Below, one piece after another: positions 1 through 4,343 of a stretch of DNA of 6,053 bases; positions within the stretch are counted from its first letter, which is position 1; the number at the start of each line of letters is the position of its first letter. The stretch is from positions 1 to 6,053 of IMG/VR virus record IMGVR_UViG_3300020030_000023; one strand, written 5' to 3'. The notes beneath the pieces were generated by a model. It had not been told where the DNA came from and ran no database searches. It saw nothing but the letters and a program-made list of their open reading frames with translations. The position numbers and the translations under genes were made by a program. Source of the DNA: a virus.

Positions 1-121
1 CGCAACTATTACGGCTATTCGCAGTGGGGTGTTTTTTCGTATGCTTGGCCAGGCTCTTCGTTAATTCGTTATGATACTTCGATTTCTAAATATACGTTCA
101 AACTTGGCGCTATTGGTTCTA
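1..121. repeat. Terminal redundancy, copy 1 of 2 (identical to 5933..6053); assembly overlap of a circular genome
   Basis: Read base by base, nt 1-121 (cgcaactattacggctattcgcag...gctattggttcta) recur exactly at 5933-6053. The repeat lies inside a reading frame that is continuous across the junction. Confidence 0.97.
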
Positions 122-1299
122 TTTTTTCGCAGGTTTACGGAAATCTTGAATTTCTTGATGCTTATTATGAGAGTCAGTTTTACCCTGCCGCTGTTACCAG
201 TAGTAACCGCACATACAATCGCGCAAATTTGTTTCTCCAGATTGTAAACAGCGAGACGACCTTAAACTCGAATAATCTTGGCGTGGCCGGTGATGGTTAC
301 CCGATTGCTAGTCTTTCTACTAAGTTTGTTGGTCAGTTACCTTACGATTATGTTACGGCTACTACTCCTTCTATTCCGGGGGACGTGCCTTTTTCTACTT
401 TAGCTGTCCAATACTTCCCCATGGCTGTAGTCCCTTCAAATCCTGACCGTTTTAGTCGGTTGCTTCCGATTGGTTCTTCGGACGCCGTTTCGATGTCCGG
501 CGTTTCCACCATCCCGCAACTTGCCATTGCTTCTCGTCTTCAGGAATACAAAGATTTGCTCGGCGCAGGAGGAAGTCGCTATAGTGATTGGCTGGAGACG
601 TTTTTTGCCTCTAAAATTGAGCATGTAGACCGTCCCAAGCTTCTTTTCAGCGCTTCGCAGACCGTTAATGTCCAGATTGTTATGAATCAGGCTGGACCCA
701 ATAATTTCTCAGGTTCGGGCACCAATGGTCCCCTCGGACAGCAAGGTGGTGCTATCGCTTTCAACGATAGGTTAGGTCGTCGTCAGTCTTATTATTTTCG
801 TGAGCCTGGTTACCTCATTGACATGTTGAGTATCCGCCCTGTTTATTACTGGGCAAATATTACGCCCGATTATCTTTCTTATAAGGGTAGTGATTATTTT
901 AACCCAATTTATAACGATATTGGTTATCAGGATGTACCTACTTTTCGTTTGGCGGCGCGTTTGCCTCAATCCAGTTTAGCAGCCGTTCACGAGCCTTGTT
1001 TTAACGAGTTTCGATCTTCCTATGACGAGGTCCTAGGGATGCTAAACCCAGCATACGCGCCCGTATCCGGCGCCCTGCCTTTATATTCCTATTGGGTTCA
1101 GCAGAGGTCTCTTGACACGTTCTCTTTGTCGGCTGGTAATCCCCGCGCTTATTATCCTGCGTTGTTTGTTGATATGTCGCAGGTTAATTCGCCCTTCGCA
1201 TCTAGAGGAGAGGATAATTTCTTTGTGAATATGTCGTACGCTATCCAAAAGAAGAACTTGGTTAACAAATCTTTCGCTACTCGTTTGTCTAATCGTTAA
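1..1299 (+). CDS. VP1: Major capsid protein VP1, C-terminal part (5' end lies at 5417 across the circular junction); full protein 604 aa
   Basis: Frame 1 is open from nt 1 (cgc aac tat tac ggc...) to TAA at 1297-1299. The track ORF 229..1299 is only its portion after a TTG. It is in phase with 5417..5932. At 1815 nt it is the largest gene of the circle, as expected for a microvirus capsid gene. Confidence 0.9.
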   Translation, partial: RNYYGYSQWGVFSYAWPGSSLIRYDTSISKYTFKLGAIGSIFSQVYGNLEFLDAYYESQFYPAAVTSSNRTYNRANLFLQIVNSETTLNSNNLGVAGDGYPIASLSTKFVGQLPYDYVTATTPSIPGDVPFSTLAVQYFPMAVVPSNPDRFSRLLPIGSSDAVSMSGVSTIPQLAIASRLQEYKDLLGAGGSRYSDWLETFFASKIEHVDRPKLLFSASQTVNVQIVMNQAGPNNFSGSGTNGPLGQQGGAIAFNDRLGRRQSYYFREPGYLIDMLSIRPVYYWANITPDYLSYKGSDYFNPIYNDIGYQDVPTFRLAARLPQSSLAAVHEPCFNEFRSSYDEVLGMLNPAYAPVSGALPLYSYWVQQRSLDTFSLSAGNPRAYYPALFVDMSQVNSPFASRGEDNFFVNMSYAIQKKNLVNKSFATRLSNR

Positions 1300-1311
1300 T
1301 TTATTGATTCT

Positions 1312-1608
1312 ATGGCACTTAATTGGTTACTCGAAGATGCTCCCGCTTATGTTTCCCGCGGTCAGCGAATTATGTCTGTCCTCGATGGTTCTGGAACTGT
1401 TGACGTTTTGCCTGGTCGTCCAGACGTGGCCGCTGAGCCCTCTGACTTTGATAAGGGCGAAAAGTTCAATCCTGATATTGACTTTGATCCCAATTCCTTT
1501 TCTCGTATGGATAAGTTTGACGGTCTCGAGGTCGGTCAGGAACTTATTGATTCTCAGCTTGATATGTCAAAACCTTCCTCGACACCTCCTAATCCTGAAG
1601 AAAAATAG
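1312..1608 (+). CDS. Hypothetical small acidic, Pro-rich protein (98 aa); possible scaffolding-type protein
   Basis: ATG 12 nt after the VP1 stop, same strand. By my count it has about 20 Asp/Glu against 9 Lys/Arg, and a low-complexity tail (SKPSSTPPNPEEK). I recognise no family motif. Confidence 0.6.
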   Translation: MALNWLLEDAPAYVSRGQRIMSVLDGSGTVDVLPGRPDVAAEPSDFDKGEKFNPDIDFDPNSFSRMDKFDGLEVGQELIDSQLDMSKPSSTPPNPEEK

Positions 1609-1741
1609 TATATCCTTTACTTGAAGATATATGCTACGTGCGCGGACCCCTTCTGGAAGAGTTCGTGAATTCCTGAAGGTTATTGGTAGCGACTGCAGGA
1701 GAGGCCGCGCATTTTTCTATCGTTCTTTAAATTTTACTCCC
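1609..1741 (+). other. GC-rich structured island A (noncoding, or alternatively a 5' extension of the next ORF from ATG 1631)
   Basis: Outer stem t1639-g1645 pairs with c1705-a1711 (7 bp, six of them G:C), plus c1647-c1648 with g1703-g1704. Inner 10-bp inverted repeat ccttctggaa (1649-1658) / ttcctgaagg (1670-1679) has one mismatch. The 3' arm of the outer stem is followed by T5 (1712-1716). It shares motifs with island B (see findings). Confidence 0.4.
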
Positions 1742-1933
1742 ATGTCTGAAACAAAACAACCTTTCTATAAGTCTAAGGCTTTTTGGACGCTTGTTTCGTC
1801 TATTATTGCCGCTTTGGCCGCCTTCTTTCTTTCCTCTTGTTCGGCGCAAGCTAGGATGCAGCGCAGTGGTGTTCACATCGATACCGTTCGTGTCGATTAT
1901 ATCATCCGTTCTAACAATTTAACTCACATGTAG
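1742..1933 (+). CDS. Small predicted lipoprotein (63-aa precursor, lipobox LSSC)
   Basis: Internal ATG of track ORF 1631..1933. Product is MSETKQPFYKSKAFWTLVSSIIAALAAFFLSSC-SAQARMQRSGVHIDTVRVDYIIRSNNLTHM: Lys-containing n-region, 18-residue hydrophobic core, then L-S-S-C (Cys codon 1838-1840). Stop TAG 1931-1933 is 1 nt before the VP2 ATG. The start is ambiguous, since ATG 1631 is in frame. Confidence 0.55.
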   Translation: MSETKQPFYKSKAFWTLVSSIIAALAAFFLSSCSAQARMQRSGVHIDTVRVDYIIRSNNLTHM

Positions 1934-1934
1934 T

Positions 1935-3197
1935 ATGCCCGTTCCCGTTGCTGCCGCCGCTGCCGCGGCTTCCTTCGGCCGCTCTCTCGGCGAATCTGCT
2001 GCTTCTACCGGCACTACCGGCTTGATTAATGGCTTTTTAGGCCAACTTTTTGGTGGCATGAACGCCCGTCGCCAATGGCGATTTCAACAAAAGCAAATGA
2101 AACTTCAGCAACAGTATGCTCTTGAGCAAATGCAGAAGCAATCAGAACTTTCTTACGCTAATTGGCAAAAACAATTTGATTACGAAAACGCTTACAATGA
2201 TCCCTCGAAGGTCTTCGACCGTTATTTGAAGGCTGGCGTGACCCCTGCTGCCGTTCTAGGTTCTTCGGGCGTCGGTGTGAACGCTACCATGTCAGGTGGC
2301 TCTGCTTCCACGCCTTCTGCCTCAGGCCCTTCTGGTGGCGCTCCCGTTAGCCCTGGCGCTTTTGCCCCTGGTGATCCCGCTGCTATCGCGCAAAATATGA
2401 TGGCTCGATCCTCGGTTAATCGCAATGATGCTGCCGCCAATCGTGATAATGCCGAAGCCGAACTTATGAGAGGTAACACTCATAGCGCAGACTGGCGAAA
2501 GGATATGGATGAGTTAGAGAAGAAGTCTTTAGAGCATCAGATTAACAACGTTTCCGAATTAATCCGTCTTAATCGTGCCTTAGCCGATATCCATGCTGCT
2601 GATGCTGAGTACGCTGACCTTATGGCTACATACAAGTTTCAAGACTTTGTTGCTATGTACTCGAAGCATGTTGAAGAAGCAAATCAGATTAAGAGGTACA
2701 ACGATAAATATTTCGATGCTGTTTATGCTGCTCAAATCGCCCGGGATTTTGCTGCTGCTTACGAGTCCGCCGCCTCTGGCGACGTCTTAAACGTTGAATC
2801 AGAAATACGTAAGGTTAACTTGGCTGACCTTCGCGAGTGGTTTGATGTCAATTGGGACGCCGTTATTGATGTTCCAGAAGTTAATGAAAAAGGCAAGCCT
2901 ACCGGCAAGACGGTGAAGATGACAGGCCGTGAGATTCACAAGAAACTTATGGGACTCGCTGCTTCGGAAGGTGAACAAAATCTTTCAGGTCGCTGGTTTC
3001 AAAACCGGTCCAGCAAGAATGCTTTTGGTTATAGCATGGCGAGAACCGCCTTGGTTGGTGCCATGGCTATCGCCGGCACGGCAGCGACAAAGCGTCCTGT
3101 TTCTGTTGGTTATGACGAAAATGTGGAAAAATACGATAAATATGGTGAATTTGTTGGAGGTACAAGGGTTACTCGTCGCGATTTAACGACAAAATGA
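1935..3197 (+). CDS. VP2: Minor capsid / DNA pilot protein VP2 (phiX174 H-like), 420 aa
   Basis: N-terminal Ala/Gly-rich hydrophobic segment (MPVPVAAAAAAASFG...GLINGFLGQLFGG). Gln-rich helical segment (QQKQMKLQQQYALEQMQKQ). Then YNDPSKVFDRYLKAGVTPAAVLG (nt 2193-2261), which matches the Y-N-x-P-x-x-x-x-x-R-x-x-x-A-G-[LV]-N/T-P motif I recall from microvirus VP2 proteins. Followed by a Gly/Ser/Pro linker and a C-terminal hydrophobic segment (ALVGAMAIAGTAAT). Second largest structural gene, downstream of VP1. Confidence 0.82.
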   Translation: MPVPVAAAAAAASFGRSLGESAASTGTTGLINGFLGQLFGGMNARRQWRFQQKQMKLQQQYALEQMQKQSELSYANWQKQFDYENAYNDPSKVFDRYLKAGVTPAAVLGSSGVGVNATMSGGSASTPSASGPSGGAPVSPGAFAPGDPAAIAQNMMARSSVNRNDAAANRDNAEAELMRGNTHSADWRKDMDELEKKSLEHQINNVSELIRLNRALADIHAADAEYADLMATYKFQDFVAMYSKHVEEANQIKRYNDKYFDAVYAAQIARDFAAAYESAASGDVLNVESEIRKVNLADLREWFDVNWDAVIDVPEVNEKGKPTGKTVKMTGREIHKKLMGLAASEGEQNLSGRWFQNRSSKNAFGYSMARTALVGAMAIAGTAATKRPVSVGYDENVEKYDKYGEFVGGTRVTRRDLTTK

Positions 3198-3220
3198 ACA
3201 ACTCCTCCGACCTTTTGAAC

Positions 3221-3251
3221 TTTGCTGCGCGCTCTTTTTACCGTATATTTG
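3221..3251 (+). promoter_or_regulatory. Candidate Bacteroides-type sigma-A promoter (-33 TTTG, -7 TAnnTTTG)
   Basis: TTTG at 3221-3224 and TATATTTG at 3244-3251, separated by 19 nt, in the 80-nt gap between VP2 and ORF 3278. The -7 element ends 27 nt before that ATG. In my scan of the + strand it is the only one of three exact TAnnTTTG matches that is intergenic and has a correctly spaced TTTG. Confidence 0.4.
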
Positions 3252-3277
3252 TATCGTAAACCAATAACCATATTACC

Positions 3278-3589
3278 ATGAAAGCAAACGAAAAATCCAG
3301 ATTTGTAGACCTCTCTGTTGATGTTATCGAGTACATGTTCACTGAGTGGCTTGTTCGTCAGGGTATCTTTTCTAAATTCAAAGCGAACTATGAGGGTTTT
3401 AGTACAAATCACCGATCCTTTCGCGCCAATTTACGTGACCGGCTTCGCTTTTTGTGTCACACCTCCGGCCCTGGCAGCCTTATTGCTACGGCTTTTCCGT
3501 TCGCTCTGACGCGAGAAGGTTATGAATTTTGGGTAGACAAATCGAACCGTTGGCGTCAATTTTGCATAGATTTTAGATCGACTTTTTAA
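3278..3589 (+). CDS. Hypothetical protein, 103 aa (orphan)
   Basis: ATG-initiated + strand ORF downstream of the candidate promoter, with T-rich third codon positions like the recognisable genes. The C-terminus carries an aromatic motif, FPFALTREGYEFWVDKSNRWRQF. Confidence 0.6.
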   Translation: MKANEKSRFVDLSVDVIEYMFTEWLVRQGIFSKFKANYEGFSTNHRSFRANLRDRLRFLCHTSGPGSLIATAFPFALTREGYEFWVDKSNRWRQFCIDFRSTF

Positions 3590-3600
3590 ATTATATTATT

Positions 3601-3924
3601 ATGTCACAAGTTCACATTGTTATTCGCCGGATTAATCCGGCCTTGAAAATTGATCTCGCCCAGGTAGGTCGCCTCGAAGAGGGCCGATTTGAGTCAATTC
3701 CCTTGGAGATTCTTGCAAATTCCGCTATTTCGAGTATCTTGAAGCGTTCTGAAATTAGCGATTCGCTTTATATTGACCATTCAAGTATACCTAAACTTAT
3801 TGCTATCTGTGAAGGTTTTCCTGATTTTTGTGTTGAATTTTTCGACAATACACTTGTCCTCATGTTTTACCGTGATCTAGATCGTAATGAAAGCGCGACG
3901 AAAGAAGAAGGGGAAGGGCACTAA
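3601..3924 (+). CDS. Hypothetical protein, 107 aa (orphan), acidic C-terminal tail
   Basis: ATG 11 nt after the previous stop, + strand, T-rich third positions. Ends ...DLDRNESATKEEGEGH. I recognise no family motif. Confidence 0.6.
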   Translation: MSQVHIVIRRINPALKIDLAQVGRLEEGRFESIPLEILANSAISSILKRSEISDSLYIDHSSIPKLIAICEGFPDFCVEFFDNTLVLMFYRDLDRNESATKEEGEGH

Positions 3925-4142
3925 AGTAGTGACCCGCCCGCTTGGTGGAAGAGTTCTTTGATGTGGTAGACCTGCGGGAGACTCTTCTCCTGCAGGTTCT
4001 CTTATTGCTATACACTCTTCGAGCCGTTAAGAGCGCGGCGAGTAAGTGTTTCCGGAGCCGATAATATCGCGGACGCGAGATTGAGGCCCGAAACAGCGCG
4101 GCCCGCTTAGGCTCGTGTTGTGTAACGTATTTTTTTTTAGCT
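3925..4142. other. GC-rich structured noncoding island B (largest intergenic region of the genome)
   Basis: 218 nt with no convincing + strand ORF. I count 108 G+C in the 190 nt of 3931-4120 (about 57%), against 43-47% in two coding stretches I spot-counted. It contains the 3970-3997 hairpin, direct 8-mers GCCCGCTT (3936-3943, 4101-4108) and AGCGCGGC (4032-4039, 4095-4102), a potential long-range pairing cgagcc (4020-4025) / ggctcg (4110-4115), and a terminal T9 run (4130-4138). Confidence 0.65.
3970..3997 (+). promoter_or_regulatory. Strong stem-loop (12-bp stem, tetraloop); candidate intrinsic terminator and/or ssDNA origin hairpin
   Basis: acctgcgggaga-ctct-tctcctgcaggt: 11 Watson-Crick pairs plus one G:T (g3976:t3991), loop ctct at 3982-3985. 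It starts 46 nt after the 3601..3924 stop and is followed by a T-rich tract, tctcttattg. The structure is certain from the sequence. The function is inferred. Confidence 0.5.
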
Positions 4143-4343
4143 ATGGATCTTTTCGATTTCAGACCTCGTTTTTCTCCTGTGATTGACGGCATTCCCTACC
4201 GTTTTTCTGTTGCAGCATACCGTGGTAAGAAGCGTGTTGTTATCGCCTGGTTTTCCGACGAAGAGCCTGCTAAGGATTACCTTGTTCGCTGTCGTCGTGA
4301 TTATCCTGCCGTCAAGTTTGACTGTCTTAGAAGTATCTTGTAA
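4143..4343 (+). CDS. Hypothetical protein, 66 aa, translationally coupled to Rep
   Basis: ATG 4 nt after the T9 run. 35 of 66 sense codons end in T (my count), which is the coding signature of this genome. Its stop TAA (4341-4343) shares its last A with the Rep ATG (4343-4345), forming TAATG. Confidence 0.55.
   Translation: MDLFDFRPRFSPVIDGIPYRFSVAAYRGKKRVVIAWFSDEEPAKDYLVRCRRDYPAVKFDCLRSIL

Noticed and set aside
321-328. Exact TAnnTTTG (-7-like) matches at 321-328 and 1512-1519.
   Set aside because: Both are inside coding sequence and lack a TTTG at the expected 19-21 nt upstream; the nearest, for 1512, is 25 nt away. Three matches in 6 kb of T-rich sequence is near chance expectation.
1631-1741. 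Upstream ATG at 1631 would extend the lipoprotein ORF to 100 aa with a very basic 37-aa leader (MLRARTPSGRVREFLKVIGSDCRRGRAFFYRSLNFTP).
   Set aside because: The extension coincides with the self-complementary GC-rich island A. It would also place a lipoprotein signal peptide 37 residues from the N-terminus, which is atypical for SPII substrates. I cannot exclude it from sequence alone, so the start is flagged as ambiguous.
3582-3610. AT-rich tract ctttttaaattatattattATGtcacaag compared by eye with the E. coli dif site and with the phiX174 origin core. GATAATATC at 4060-4068 was compared with nonanucleotide-type origins.
   Set aside because: Only short partial matches such as CATAAT/TTATG. 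There is no second recombinase arm at the correct spacing and no flanking stem for a loop-displayed nick site. The Bacteroidota dif consensus is not known to me, so this remains untested rather than disproved.
3942-4064. 40-codon + strand frame inside island B starting at TTG 3942 or GTG 3945 (VEEFFDVVDLRETLLLQVLLLLYTLRAVKSAASKCFRSR).
   Set aside because: It has no ATG and lacks the A/T-rich upstream context seen at the other starts. It runs straight through the 12-bp hairpin, and its hydrophobic stretch is too short for a confident TM helix.
3925-4142. Possible small self-cleaving ribozyme, tRNA-like element, CRISPR repeat or IS/MITE ends in the noncoding islands.
   Set aside because: I found no CUGAUGA...GAAA hammerhead core arrangement, no cloverleaf, no regularly spaced repeats and no terminal inverted repeats bracketing the island. 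Only direct 8-mers are present.
3860-4192. 110-aa minus-strand ORF, extremely Arg/Lys/Ser-rich (MPSITGEKRGLKSKRSIAKKKYVTQHEPKRAALFRASISRPRYYRLRK...). It spans exactly the GC-rich island B and superficially recalls the small basic DNA-binding proteins of microviruses (J/VP8).
   Set aside because: Genes in known Microviridae are read from one strand only. The ORF overlaps the ends of two well-supported + strand genes. A GC-rich tract with an A-rich complement naturally yields Arg/Lys codons. No promoter or start context supports it. It is worth a quick look only if strand-specific transcript data show antisense RNA here.
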